Assembly (NCBI GenBank): GCA_949296295.1
Contig: CASFOM010000103.1
Coordinates: forward strand, 1 to 43,041
Direction of reading: 5' to 3'
DNA length: 43,041 nucleotides
Source of the DNA: an uncultured Alistipes sp.
Lineage (GTDB): Bacteria > Bacteroidota > Bacteroidia > Bacteroidales > Rikenellaceae
The translations under genes and the position numbers were made by a program. Below the pieces are notes generated by a model. It ran no database searches. It was not told the origin of the DNA and worked only from the letters and a program-made list of their open reading frames with translations. Below are positions 1 through 9,153 of the stretch, in pieces (the first letter of the stretch is position 1; each line of letters starts with the position of its first letter).

Positions 1-177
1 GATTTTGGTGATACGACAATAAGGAACCGAGTGGTAGAAAGAGCGGTAGAACGGGGAATTGTTACGGAGGGGTTCTTGTTTTGCAATACAGCAATGAGAG
101 TCGCTCCTCCCTTGATAATTACCGAACAACAAATTGAAGAAACTTGTGAAGTCCTGATGGAGGCCGCTAATTTTTGA
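1..177 (+). CDS. PLP-dependent class-III aminotransferase, 3' end only (gene starts upstream of the window)
   Basis: Frame 1 is open from base 1 to TGA at 175-177. My translation ends ...GFLFCNTAMRVAPPLIITEQQIEETCEVLMEAANF*, which is the conserved C-terminal 'R-x-APPL-(I/V)-I' block of acetylornithine/ornithine/GABA-type aminotransferases. Confidence 0.6.
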   Translation, partial: DFGDTTIRNRVVERAVERGIVTEGFLFCNTAMRVAPPLIITEQQIEETCEVLMEAANF

Positions 178-310
178 TGGAATCGTCTAGAATTATTGAT
201 TGTCACTACCCTATCTATTGATTGACACTTACCTTATCTTATGAACTTGTATTGTTGAATGTATTGAAAAAGAAAGGGCTGTTAAAGCAGGGGTGAAAAT
301 AAGGAAAAAT

Positions 311-346
311 AAAAAATCCGGAGAAAAATTTTTCTCCGGATTTTTT
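311..346. terminator. bidirectional rho-independent terminator between convergent genes
   Basis: Perfect 36-nt palindrome AAAAAATCCGGAGAAAAA/TTTTTCTCCGGATTTTTT. The core stem is TCCGGAG/CTCCGGA, with a T-run available on either strand. It lies between the aminotransferase stop (177) and the pckA stop (365). Confidence 0.8.
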
Positions 347-364
347 ATTGGTATGGATAAATGA

Positions 365-1972
365 TTACAGTTGAGGACCTGCTTTTACAAGGTTCTGTCC
401 TTCTTCATTATCAGTGTATTTTTCGAAGTTCTTGATAAAGCGGGAAGCCAAATCTTTTGCTTTTGTTTCCCATTCTGCTGCAGAAGCATAAGTATCTCTT
501 GGGTCAAGAATCTTAGGATCTACTCCAGGTAATGCAGTAGGTACGGAGAAGTTGAAGTAAGGAATGTTTTTGCATTCTGCTTTTTCAATAGAACCGTCCA
601 AAATAGCATCGATAATTCCACGGGTGTCTTTAATCGAAATACGTTTTCCGGTTCCGTTCCAGCCCGTATTGACCATATAAGCGGTAGCTCCTGATGCATT
701 CATCCGTTTTACTAATTCCTGTGCATATTTTGTCGGATGCAAGGAAAGGAAGGCTGCTCCAAAGCATGCAGAGAAAGTAGGGGTAGGTTCCGTTACTCCT
801 CGTTCTGTCCCTGCCAATTTTGCCGTAAAACCTGACAAGAAGTAATATTTGGTTTGTTCCGGAGTTAGTTTGGATACTGGAGGCATTACTCCGAAAGCGT
901 CTGCTGTCAAGAAAATTACTTTCTGCGCAGGACCTCCTTTGGATACCGGTTTTACGATATTTTCAATGTGGTAAATAGGATAAGAAACACGTGTATTTTC
1001 CGTTTTTGATCCATCGCTGAAATCTACTTTCCCGTCAGGCAATACCGTTACATTTTCCAACAAAGCATCCCGTTTGATTGCTGCATAGATATCAGGTTCT
1101 GATTTAGGATCAAGGTTGATGGTTTTGGCATAGCAACCGCCTTCAAAGTTGAATACTCCTGCATCATCCCATCCATGTTCGTCGTCTCCTATCAATTCCC
1201 GTTTGGGATCTGTGGACAACGTAGTCTTTCCTGTTCCTGACAGACCGAAGAAAATAGCTACGTCTTTCTTTTCTTTTCCCATATTCGCAGAACAGTGCAT
1301 GGAGGCAATTCCTTTCAGAGGCAAAAAGTAGTTCATCATGGAGAACATACCTTTTTTCATTTCTCCCCCGTACCAGGTTCCGCCGATAACTTGTATCTTT
1401 TCCGTCAGGTTAAATGCTACGAAGTTTTCAGAGTTCAAACCTTGTTCCTTCCAATTCGGATTGGTGGTTTTTGAACCATTCATGACTACAAAGTCAGGTT
1501 CTCCGTAGTTCGCCAACTCTTCTTCTGTCGGACGAATGAACATGTTTTTTACAAAATGAGCCTGCCATGCTACTTCTACGATGAAACGAACTTTCATCCG
1601 ACTGTCTGCATTAGCTCCACAGAAAGTATCTACTACATACAGTTTCTTGTTTGATAACTCTTTGGCTACCAATGCTTTCAAACTGTTCCATACTTCTTGG
1701 CTAATGGGTTTGTTGTCATTTTTTGCTTTGTCTGAAGTCCACCAAATCGTATTTTCGGTGGTAGCGTCTTTGACAATGTATTTATCTTTAGGTGAACGTC
1801 CTGTAAATACCCCTGTATCTACCGCTACTGCACCTAATTCTGTTACTACTCCCTTGTCAAATCCTGTTAATGAAGGATCGGTTTCGGCTTTGAATAGTTC
1901 TTCGTAGGACGGATTGTAGGATATTTCCGTTACTCCGGTAATACCATACTTACTCAAATCAATTGTTGCCAT
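365..1972 (-). CDS. pckA: phosphoenolpyruvate carboxykinase (ATP)
   Basis: The 535-aa ORF is full-length ATP-PEPCK-like. It has the kinase-1a P-loop '[13 protein letters not shown]', 'IGDDEHGW', 'NFEGGCYAK' and the C-terminal '[17 protein letters not shown]' block. Confidence 0.95.
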   Translation of the reverse strand: MATIDLSKYGITGVTEISYNPSYEELFKAETDPSLTGFDKGVVTELGAVAVDTGVFTGRSPKDKYIVKDATTENTIWWTSDKAKNDNKPISQEVWNSLKALVAKELSNKKLYVVDTFCGANADSRMKVRFIVEVAWQAHFVKNMFIRPTEEELANYGEPDFVVMNGSKTTNPNWKEQGLNSENFVAFNLTEKIQVIGGTWYGGEMKKGMFSMMNYFLPLKGIASMHCSANMGKEKKDVAIFFGLSGTGKTTLSTDPKRELIGDDEHGWDDAGVFNFEGGCYAKTINLDPKSEPDIYAAIKRDALLENVTVLPDGKVDFSDGSKTENTRVSYPIYHIENIVKPVSKGGPAQKVIFLTADAFGVMPPVSKLTPEQTKYYFLSGFTAKLAGTERGVTEPTPTFSACFGAAFLSLHPTKYAQELVKRMNASGATAYMVNTGWNGTGKRISIKDTRGIIDAILDGSIEKAECKNIPYFNFSVPTALPGVDPKILDPRDTYASAAEWETKAKDLASRFIKNFEKYTDNEEGQNLVKAGPQL

Positions 1973-2025
1973 AATAAAAATTTATTAAGTTTTTTAATGC
2001 TGTATTTCCACAGTTTTCCATATTG

Positions 2026-2033
2026 CAAAGATA
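2026..2033 (-). promoter_or_regulatory. candidate Bacteroidetes -7 promoter box for pckA
   Basis: The plus strand CAAAGATA reads TATCTTTG (TAnnTTTG) on the minus strand, about 54 nt upstream of the pckA ATG. Confidence 0.35.
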
Positions 2034-2222
2034 AAATAAATTTTTGTATTGTTAATTAAATCACAGTAAAATATTTTATGAAAATAACGGAAATACAAAG
2101 AATGCTTTGTGATAGATTATTATTAATAATGGCTATATGATTTTGGATTTGTTCTTGTGTAGCCTGTTTCTTGTGTGAAAAATAGATTTTGAATTCATTT
2201 GTTTTGATGGTTTGGGAGAAAT

Positions 2223-2253
2223 AAAAAAACCGGAATTCTTTTATGAATTCCGG
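2223..2253 (-). terminator. rho-independent terminator downstream of the GH97 gene
   Basis: The minus strand reads CCGGAATTC-ATAAAA-GAATTCCGG followed by TTTTTTT: a 9-bp perfect stem (2230-2238 / 2245-2253) plus a U-tract. It lies about 110 nt after the GH97 stop. Confidence 0.7.
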
Positions 2254-2365
2254 AAATGAATGATGCGAAAATAGCTTCAAATGGTTTGTGAGGAGATTAA
2301 TTTTGATTCCCTGCTACTAAAATAAGGGATGAAGCCATATTTTCTATTTTTAAAATTAGGATGAA

Positions 2366-4270
2366 CTATTTGGTTTGAACAACTAATGTAAAACCTCCCC
2401 GAGGAAGACAAGAGATCTTGATATCACGTGTTTCCGGTGAGATATTTTCTATATGAAATTCTTGAGAAGTTGTCCCGTCAGAAAAAAGTGTCATTTGCTG
2501 AATAGAAGAAGGTATGAAATCCAAATTAAAGGAAAAATCCCGGTTATTGTTTGTCCCGTTCAAACCTCCTATATACCATTTATTCCCACTTTGTCTTGCT
2601 ATGATAATATGATCCGAAGGATAACCGCTGATTAATCGGGTATCATCCCATACAGTTGGAAGGGTGGAAAGGAAAGATTGTACCTCTGCAGGTTGCATCT
2701 TGTAGCCTTCCGGTCGATCTGCCAAATGTTGCAAGGAAGATTCAAAAACTACCAATAACGCCAATTCATGACCATTGGAAGTTATGTGAGGATGTTGTGA
2801 ATCGGTAAAGGTGCATGGAGTGTAATCCATCGGACCTACTACATTGCGTGTAAAAGGCAAGGTACAGTTGTGCCATGCGGCCTGATCCGTCAAAGTCGCA
2901 TTGTTGTTGTACCACTCTGCCCCATATACCCCTTCTACGCTCATCATATGTGGATAGGTTCTTTGCCAGCCTCGGGGAATCGTCGCTCCGTGAAAATTAA
3001 TCAATAAATGATTTTCTGCCGCATCTTCCAAAATGTCTATAAAGTAGTTCATGGTGGATAAACTGTCCTGGTTGAAAAAGTCAACTTTAATCCCTTTTAC
3101 TCCTTGAGATTCCAACCAGGAAAATTCTTTCTTTCGTGATTCTGGACTGTTTAAGCGGTACAAGGGCCCTGCCCCACACCACGCCGTAGAAGAATTATAC
3201 CATAACAACGGAGAAATTCCCTTTTCTTTTGCATAACGCAAGGCGTCACTTAAATCGCCTCCGTTTCCCATTTCATCCCATTCCCAATCGATTAAAACAT
3301 AGGGAAGATGAAAATCTACTGCAAAATCAATGAATTTTTTGACAATTTGATAATCCTTTGAACCATGATTGTAGGCCCAATATATCCACGATACCAAACC
3401 CGGTTTTATCCAGGAGGTATCTTTTATTTTACAGGGATCGCTCACATCCGTTATCAAGGTGGAAGAAACAATATCTCCCAAGGAGCCAATCATTGCTGTT
3501 CGCCATGCGGAACTCCACGTCTTGTCGCAGGTCAATTTCTTTTCCGACATCTCTATCTTGTACGCGGATCTATTCTCTTTATTCGTTAACCATGAACCGC
3601 AGTTCCCTTTCCTGATATTGGCTTCCGACAGAAGAACATATACCGAATCGCTAATCTCAAATAAGGCCGGAAAACCCCACTGACCTCCTTCATTGTTTCC
3701 TATCCCGTCCGTATTCATCGGATAAAAATCTTCATAAGCTGAATTTAGTTTTTGGGTCCACCGTTTCACGCCTTCCGGAACTCTGAATGTTGTTGTTTCA
3801 TTTGTGATATCCAATGTTTTTGTGATTTCAGGAAATGCATAGCGGAAGGCAATCCCGTCATTATATACCCGAAAAATAAGGTCCATACGGATATTGTCGG
3901 AATTTGTAAAATGATAAGTGCGTTCTGTCCCTTCATTTGTGCAGTTTTTCCGTTTCCCGCTCAACATGGTATAGCTTTCATGAACAGGTGTCGCATCCGT
4001 GGAAGAAACAAGTTTGAAATCATTGGCTCCTTCTGATAAGGACAATCCTAAGTCGGAAAGAGTTAGAACGGATGTCGTTCGGTCTCCTCCATGGTAAGTA
4101 ACGACAAAGCCTTCAGGCTCTTCATAAGTGACCGAAATTTTATTGTTGGGAGAATTTATCTGTAAACTGTTGCTACATGCAGTGAGTAGGAAAAAACATA
4201 CAATCACCCATGTATAGGAAAAGAACGGTCTTTTTAAAGATTTTTTCAAGGTAATAGTTTTTTGTTTCAT
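2366..4270 (-). CDS. glycoside hydrolase family 97-like lipoprotein (alpha-glucosidase/alpha-galactosidase type)
   Basis: 634-aa ORF with a lipoprotein signal peptide ending 'FFLLTAC'. The N-terminal 'SPNNKISVTYEE...VLTLSDLGLSL' resembles the GH97 N-domain, and the TIM-barrel region has 'VLIDWEWD' and 'KGIKVDFFNQD', as in SusB-type GH97 enzymes. The family call is from recalled motifs, not a search. Confidence 0.7.
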   Translation of the reverse strand: MKQKTITLKKSLKRPFFSYTWVIVCFFLLTACSNSLQINSPNNKISVTYEEPEGFVVTYHGGDRTTSVLTLSDLGLSLSEGANDFKLVSSTDATPVHESYTMLSGKRKNCTNEGTERTYHFTNSDNIRMDLIFRVYNDGIAFRYAFPEITKTLDITNETTTFRVPEGVKRWTQKLNSAYEDFYPMNTDGIGNNEGGQWGFPALFEISDSVYVLLSEANIRKGNCGSWLTNKENRSAYKIEMSEKKLTCDKTWSSAWRTAMIGSLGDIVSSTLITDVSDPCKIKDTSWIKPGLVSWIYWAYNHGSKDYQIVKKFIDFAVDFHLPYVLIDWEWDEMGNGGDLSDALRYAKEKGISPLLWYNSSTAWCGAGPLYRLNSPESRKKEFSWLESQGVKGIKVDFFNQDSLSTMNYFIDILEDAAENHLLINFHGATIPRGWQRTYPHMMSVEGVYGAEWYNNNATLTDQAAWHNCTLPFTRNVVGPMDYTPCTFTDSQHPHITSNGHELALLVVFESSLQHLADRPEGYKMQPAEVQSFLSTLPTVWDDTRLISGYPSDHIIIARQSGNKWYIGGLNGTNNNRDFSFNLDFIPSSIQQMTLFSDGTTSQEFHIENISPETRDIKISCLPRGGFTLVVQTK

Positions 4271-4558
4271 AATAGATGTTTCAATTGGTTAGTTGTTTTT
4301 GTGCCTTGTTTTTAAAGCTTCTATGACAGACAAAGATAGAAAAAGATTTAGAAAAGAGGAGAGATGAAAATAAATCAGAGAATTATCAGCGCTTCTTTAT
4401 TATAAATCCTTTTCACGATTATATCCGGTTAAGATGGACGTAAAATGAATGCTTTTAACCTATTTCCATTCAACAATTGATTGTGAGAATAATAAAAACT
4501 GGAATACACGACTGTTTTTCTTATCTTTAGGGCATCCGTATTATTTTTATTTTTTATG

Positions 4559-4566
4559 TACCTTTG
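4559..4566 (+). promoter_or_regulatory. candidate -7 promoter box for folE
   Basis: TACCTTTG matches TAnnTTTG and lies 28 nt upstream of the ATG at 4594. The same octamer precedes dnaX. Confidence 0.5.
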
Positions 4567-4593
4567 TGCCGAATCAGGAGAAAAATAAGGTTT

Positions 4594-5208
4594 ATGGGGA
4601 ATATCGATATATCAGAAACTCCCGTTTATTTGCAGGAGGAGAAGTATCAAGAATCGGTAATCGGTTCACTCGAAGAACATTATCGTGCTATTTTGGAGTT
4701 ATTGGGAGAGAATCCGGCTCGGGAAGGTCTGTTGAAAACCCCCCAACGAGCTGCTAAAGCAATGGCCTTCCTTACTCAGGGATACCAACAGGACCCAAAA
4801 AGTATTTTGTTGTCGGCTAAATTTAACGAAGATTACCGACACATGGTGATTGTAAAGGATATTGAACTTTATTCTTTGTGTGAACATCACTTATTGCCTT
4901 TTTATGGGAAGGCCCACGTCGCTTATATCCCCAATGGATGTATTACCGGACTTTCCAAAATTGCCCGGGTGGTAGAGGCTTATGCCCGACGTCTTCAGGT
5001 TCAGGAACGGTTAACCGTACAGATACGTGATTGTATTCAAGAGGCTCTCGATCCTATGGGAGTGGCCGTAGTAATAGAAGCATCCCATATGTGTATGCAA
5101 ATGAGGGGGGTGCAGAAACAAAATTCATTAACTACTACCTCTGCTTTTACCGGAGTCTTTTTAAGTCAGCAAAAAACAAGGGAAGAGTTTATTGCTCTCA
5201 TTAAATAA
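4594..5208 (+). CDS. folE: GTP cyclohydrolase I (type 1, FolE)
   Basis: The ORF track starts at 4564. I prefer the internal ATG at 4594 (MGNIDISE...) because it lies downstream of the -7 box. Diagnostic 'LCEHHLLPF' (Zn Cys/His) and '[10 protein letters not shown]' motifs are present. Confidence 0.9.
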   Translation: MGNIDISETPVYLQEEKYQESVIGSLEEHYRAILELLGENPAREGLLKTPQRAAKAMAFLTQGYQQDPKSILLSAKFNEDYRHMVIVKDIELYSLCEHHLLPFYGKAHVAYIPNGCITGLSKIARVVEAYARRLQVQERLTVQIRDCIQEALDPMGVAVVIEASHMCMQMRGVQKQNSLTTTSAFTGVFLSQQKTREEFIALIK

Positions 5209-5221
5209 CAGAACGTTTTTA

Positions 5222-5229
5222 TACATTTG
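5222..5229 (+). promoter_or_regulatory. candidate -7 promoter box for the PurF-like gene
   Basis: TACATTTG (TAnnTTTG) lies 66 nt upstream of the ATG at 5295. Confidence 0.35.
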
Positions 5230-5294
5230 CTCGAAATCTTCTGAAAAGGAAGGAAATATGAACGAGCAATGAAACTTTCAAATACAAAACAGGA

Positions 5295-6713
5295 ATGAGT
5301 GGTTTTTTTGGTTGCGTTTCACGCAGAGAATGTGTCGGGGATGTCTTTTATGGGACGGACTATCATTCTCATTTGGGTACAAAACGGGCCGGTATGGCCT
5401 TTTTTGACGGAGAAAAGTTTGTAAGGTCGATACATAGTATCGAAAATGCCTATTTCCGAAATAAATTTGAACCTGATCTTGACCGGTTCGAGGGTTCTAA
5501 GCTTGGAATAGGGGTTATCTCCGATAATGAGTCGCAACCCATTACCATAACATCCCGGATAGGACGATTCTCTTTGGTAACGGTAGGACGTGTGGATAAT
5601 TTGGAAACGCTGGCCAAGGAAATTCTTGCTGAACGGATGCATTTTGCTGAATTGTCCGGATCTACTTACAACGCCACAGAATTGGTCGCTATTTTGATTG
5701 CCCGCTCAAACTCTTTTGAGGAAGGAATACGAAAGGTACAGGAGCTGGTGAAAGGGTCTTGCAGTATGTTGATCCTTACGGAAACGGGGATTTATGCTGC
5801 CCGGGACAAGTATGGAAGAACACCCATTGTGCTTGGACGAAATGAGGATGGCTATGTCGCGGCCTTTGAATCCTCTTCGTTTACCAATTTGGGATATGAC
5901 CGGGTACGGGATCTGGGACCGGGAGAGGCTGTATATATTACAGATACCGGTGTTGCTCAGGTAATTGCTCCGGGACCTAAAAAACAAATCTGCTCGTTCC
6001 TTTGGGTGTATTACGGTTATCCTTCTTCCTATTATGAAGGGGTTAATGTAGAGGCATCCCGATACCGTTGTGGAGAAGTATTGGCCGAGAGAGATGTTGA
6101 GACAAATCCTGATTTTGTTGCCGGAATACCCGACTCCGGGGTGGGACATGCTATCGGATACAGCAACGGGAAAAGAATTCCCTATAAACGTTCATTTGTA
6201 AAATATACACCTACCTGGCCGCGGAGCTTTATGCCTCAAAATCAAAAGATGAGGGACTTGGTAGCTAAAATGAAATTGATTCCCAACAAGGAATTGACAG
6301 AAGGGAAAAGCGTCGTATTTCTTGATGATTCCATTGTGCGGGGAACCCAATTAAAGGACAATGTGGTTAAGTTGATTGACAGTGGTATTCGTGAAATTCA
6401 TATGCGGATTGCTTGTCCGCCTTTGGTATTCCCCTGTTGCTTCCTGAATTTTTCTTCTTCCCGTTCTTCGTTTGATTTATTTACCCGGCGTATTATCCGG
6501 GATATTGAAGGAACAGAAAATTTAACCGACGAGTTGCTGGCTGAATATACTCGTCCTGATTCGAAAAAATATAAAGTGATGGTGGAACGGATGCGGGAAC
6601 ACCTGAAATTGACAACTTTAAAATTTCAACATATTGAGGATTTGGTGAAAGCCATTGGATTGCCCAAGGAACAATTGTGTACACATTGTTTCGATAATTC
6701 CAGCTATATGTAA
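5295..6713 (+). CDS. amidophosphoribosyltransferase-like protein (class-II Gn-AT domain + PRTase domain, Fe-S type)
   Basis: 472 aa. The N-terminal 'MSGFFGCVS...YHSHLGTKRAGMA' aligns by eye with the PurF 'MCG(I/V)(V/F)G...LQHRGQ..AG' region. The PRPP loop 'VVFLDDSIVRGTQ' is present. The Cys pattern (CSFLWVYYGYP, CPPLVFPCC, CTHCF) resembles the [4Fe-4S] ligands of B. subtilis-type PurF. Residue 2 is Ser, not Cys (see findings). Confidence 0.7.
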   Translation: MSGFFGCVSRRECVGDVFYGTDYHSHLGTKRAGMAFFDGEKFVRSIHSIENAYFRNKFEPDLDRFEGSKLGIGVISDNESQPITITSRIGRFSLVTVGRVDNLETLAKEILAERMHFAELSGSTYNATELVAILIARSNSFEEGIRKVQELVKGSCSMLILTETGIYAARDKYGRTPIVLGRNEDGYVAAFESSSFTNLGYDRVRDLGPGEAVYITDTGVAQVIAPGPKKQICSFLWVYYGYPSSYYEGVNVEASRYRCGEVLAERDVETNPDFVAGIPDSGVGHAIGYSNGKRIPYKRSFVKYTPTWPRSFMPQNQKMRDLVAKMKLIPNKELTEGKSVVFLDDSIVRGTQLKDNVVKLIDSGIREIHMRIACPPLVFPCCFLNFSSSRSSFDLFTRRIIRDIEGTENLTDELLAEYTRPDSKKYKVMVERMREHLKLTTLKFQHIEDLVKAIGLPKEQLCTHCFDNSSYM

Positions 6714-6747
6714 TAACACCTTATTCCTTGTTGTTAAAAAATATTGT

Positions 6748-7884
6748 ATGACATTTTCTCTGGAACATACTTCGAAAGAGACTGCTACGAAGGCCCGTGC
6801 AGGTGTGATAAAAACGGAGCATGGGATGATTCATACTCCTATATTCATGCCGGTAGGTACTGCCGCTACGGTAAAGGGTGTGTTTCACCGTGATTTGGTA
6901 GAACAAGTAGGGGCTGAGATTATTTTGGGAAATACTTATCACCTTTATTTACGCCCTGGATTGGAGGTTTTGGAACAGGCTGGAGGACTTCATAAATTCG
7001 CCTCCTGGAATCGCCCTGTCTTGACGGACAGTGGTGGGTTTCAGGTATTCTCATTGGCCTCCAATAGAAAACTTACGGAAGAAGGATGTCGTTTTAGCTC
7101 CCATATTGATGGATCAAAACATTGGTTTACCCCTGAAAACGTTATTGATACGCAACGTGTTATTGGCGCAGATATCATGATGGCTTTTGATGAGTGTCCG
7201 CCTGGAACAGCTGAGTTCCGATACGCTGAAAAATCATTGTCTTTGACTTGTCGCTGGTTGGAACGTTGCTTTGAACGCTATCATCAGACAGAACCTAAAT
7301 ATGGTCACTATCAATCCCTGTTCCCCATTGTTCAAGGATGTACTTATCCGGACTTACGAATTCGTGCCGCAGAATTTGCCAAGCAATTCGATGCAGACGG
7401 TTATGCCATTGGTGGATTGGCGGTAGGAGAACCGGCCCCTGTGATGTATGATATGATTGAGGTGGTGAATGCTATTCTTCCTGAAGAACGCCCCCGGTAC
7501 CTTATGGGAGTGGGGACGCCGGTCAACATCCTGGAAGCCATAGATCGCGGAGTAGACATGTTTGATTGTGTCATGCCTACCCGTAACGGCCGGAACGGAA
7601 TGCTGTTCTCTTGGAACGGAATAATCAATATCCGCAATAAAAAGTGGCAGTATGATTTTTCTCCTATTGATGAACAGAGCGATTGTTTCGTTGATCGTAC
7701 ATACAGCAAGGCTTATTTGCGCCATTTGACCATTGCTGGTGAAATGTTGGCAGCTCAAATCGCTTCCTTGCATAATCTCGCTTTCTATTTACAATTAGTC
7801 AGAGAAGCACGAAAACAAATTATGGCAGGTACTTTTAAGCCTTGGAAAGAGCAGATGGTACAGCAATTGTCGAATCGACTTTAA
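6748..7884 (+). CDS. tgt: tRNA-guanine(34) transglycosylase (queuine tRNA-ribosyltransferase)
   Basis: I trimmed the start to the ATG at 6748 (MTFSLEHTSKE...). The ORF-track start at 6655 overlaps the preceding gene. Motifs: 'TPIFMPVGT', 'LTDSGGFQV' (catalytic Asp), 'MAFDEC', 'YLMGVGTP', 'GVDMFDCVMPTRNGRNG'. Confidence 0.9.
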   Translation: MTFSLEHTSKETATKARAGVIKTEHGMIHTPIFMPVGTAATVKGVFHRDLVEQVGAEIILGNTYHLYLRPGLEVLEQAGGLHKFASWNRPVLTDSGGFQVFSLASNRKLTEEGCRFSSHIDGSKHWFTPENVIDTQRVIGADIMMAFDECPPGTAEFRYAEKSLSLTCRWLERCFERYHQTEPKYGHYQSLFPIVQGCTYPDLRIRAAEFAKQFDADGYAIGGLAVGEPAPVMYDMIEVVNAILPEERPRYLMGVGTPVNILEAIDRGVDMFDCVMPTRNGRNGMLFSWNGIINIRNKKWQYDFSPIDEQSDCFVDRTYSKAYLRHLTIAGEMLAAQIASLHNLAFYLQLVREARKQIMAGTFKPWKEQMVQQLSNRL

Positions 7885-7894
7885 AAATAAGCCA

Positions 7895-8995
7895 ATGAAT
7901 ATCAGAAAATTGAAAATAGGAATATTGGACTGGTATATCATCCGGAAATTTATCGGAACCTATGCCTTTGCCATTCTATTGATTGTCGTTATTCTGGTAG
8001 TCTTCGATGCTGTCGAAAAGATGGATGATTTTATGGAGTTGGATGCCCCTCTTTCTAAAATAGCATTCTCTTACTATCTTAATTTCGTCCCTTATTTTAT
8101 CAATCAGTTCAGTGGACTGATTACTTTTATCTCGGTGATATTCTTTACTTCAAAGATGGCCTATAATACCGAGATAATCGCTATTCTGTCCGGTGGGGTC
8201 AGTTTCGCCCGGGTCATGTGGCCCTATTTTGTCTCGGCACTCTTCATAACTCTGGTCAGTCTGATCCTTAATCTTTTTATTATTCCCGGAGCCAATCAAA
8301 GACGTATTGATTTCGAAAGTGAGTACTTGAAGAAAGGATTGAAAAACAATTATGAAGAACATACTTATCGACAAATTACTCCGGATACCTATATCTATAT
8401 TCAAGGATATAACAACATTGGAAAAAATGCCGATTTTTTAGTCCTCGAAACTTATGATAGCGGACAAATCGTCTCCAGCTTGGCAGCAAAGAATCCTTCT
8501 TTTGATACCAAAACCCGTCGTTGGAAGGCCTCAAAATATATCGAGACGATTTACGAGGGAGATTCTGCCTATTTGTATAAAAAACAAAAACTCGATACGT
8601 TGATTAATTTGTCCGATAATGAAATTGGCAAGGTTGAAAATTACATACAAACTTTAAATATTTCACGGTTGCGTGATTTTATCGATGAACAGGAACGAAA
8701 AGGGTCTGATATGATTGCCGTATTCAAGGTAGAAGAACATAATCGTTATGCTTATCCCATGTCCACCTTTATTCTTACGCTGATTGGAGTGTCACTTTCT
8801 TCCAGAAAAGTGAGGGGAGGAACAGGGCTTCATATCGGTATCGGTATTACATTGTGTTTCTCTTTTATTTTGTTTATGAGATTTGCCAATGAATTTGCTA
8901 AAAATGGTGTTTTGAATCCTGGATTGGCAGTATGGACTCCTAATTTACTGTTTGCAATTATTGCTATTTATTTGTATAAAAAAGCCCCAAAATAG
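7895..8995 (+). CDS. LptF/LptG (YjgP/YjgQ) family LPS export permease
   Basis: 366 aa. The N-terminal 'LDWYIIRKFIGTYAFAILLIVVILVVFD' is typical of the family, as is the layout of 3 + 3 TM segments around a large periplasmic loop. It starts 10 nt after the tgt stop. Confidence 0.8.
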   Translation: MNIRKLKIGILDWYIIRKFIGTYAFAILLIVVILVVFDAVEKMDDFMELDAPLSKIAFSYYLNFVPYFINQFSGLITFISVIFFTSKMAYNTEIIAILSGGVSFARVMWPYFVSALFITLVSLILNLFIIPGANQRRIDFESEYLKKGLKNNYEEHTYRQITPDTYIYIQGYNNIGKNADFLVLETYDSGQIVSSLAAKNPSFDTKTRRWKASKYIETIYEGDSAYLYKKQKLDTLINLSDNEIGKVENYIQTLNISRLRDFIDEQERKGSDMIAVFKVEEHNRYAYPMSTFILTLIGVSLSSRKVRGGTGLHIGIGITLCFSFILFMRFANEFAKNGVLNPGLAVWTPNLLFAIIAIYLYKKAPK

Positions 8996-9153
8996 AAATT
9001 AAAGGTTTTAGGCAGATTTGTTGCTGTCCGTACAGTGAGAAATTATTTGAAAAGGGGATTGAATGAAAATTTTTCGGAAACGGGGAATAAGTATATCTAA
9101 AATAGTATAAAATAGAGTGTCATAAAGAACACTGTGATTAAAAATCAAAAGTT

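Noticed and set aside
2056-2280. 74-aa ORF on the minus strand between GH97 and pckA
   Set aside because: It is A/T-rich and low-complexity (runs of I/N/K/F). It spans the GH97 terminator hairpin (2230-2253) and runs toward the pckA promoter region, so non-coding spacer explains it better.
6655-6747. N-terminal extension of tgt given in the ORF track (and similar extensions at 4564 for folE, 11026 for the OMP, 21811 for kdgK, 34825 for dnaX and 38242 for the methylase)
   Set aside because: The extensions overlap the preceding gene or the promoter box, or lie ahead of the signal peptide or conserved N-terminus. Internal ATGs reproduce the canonical N-termini of each family.
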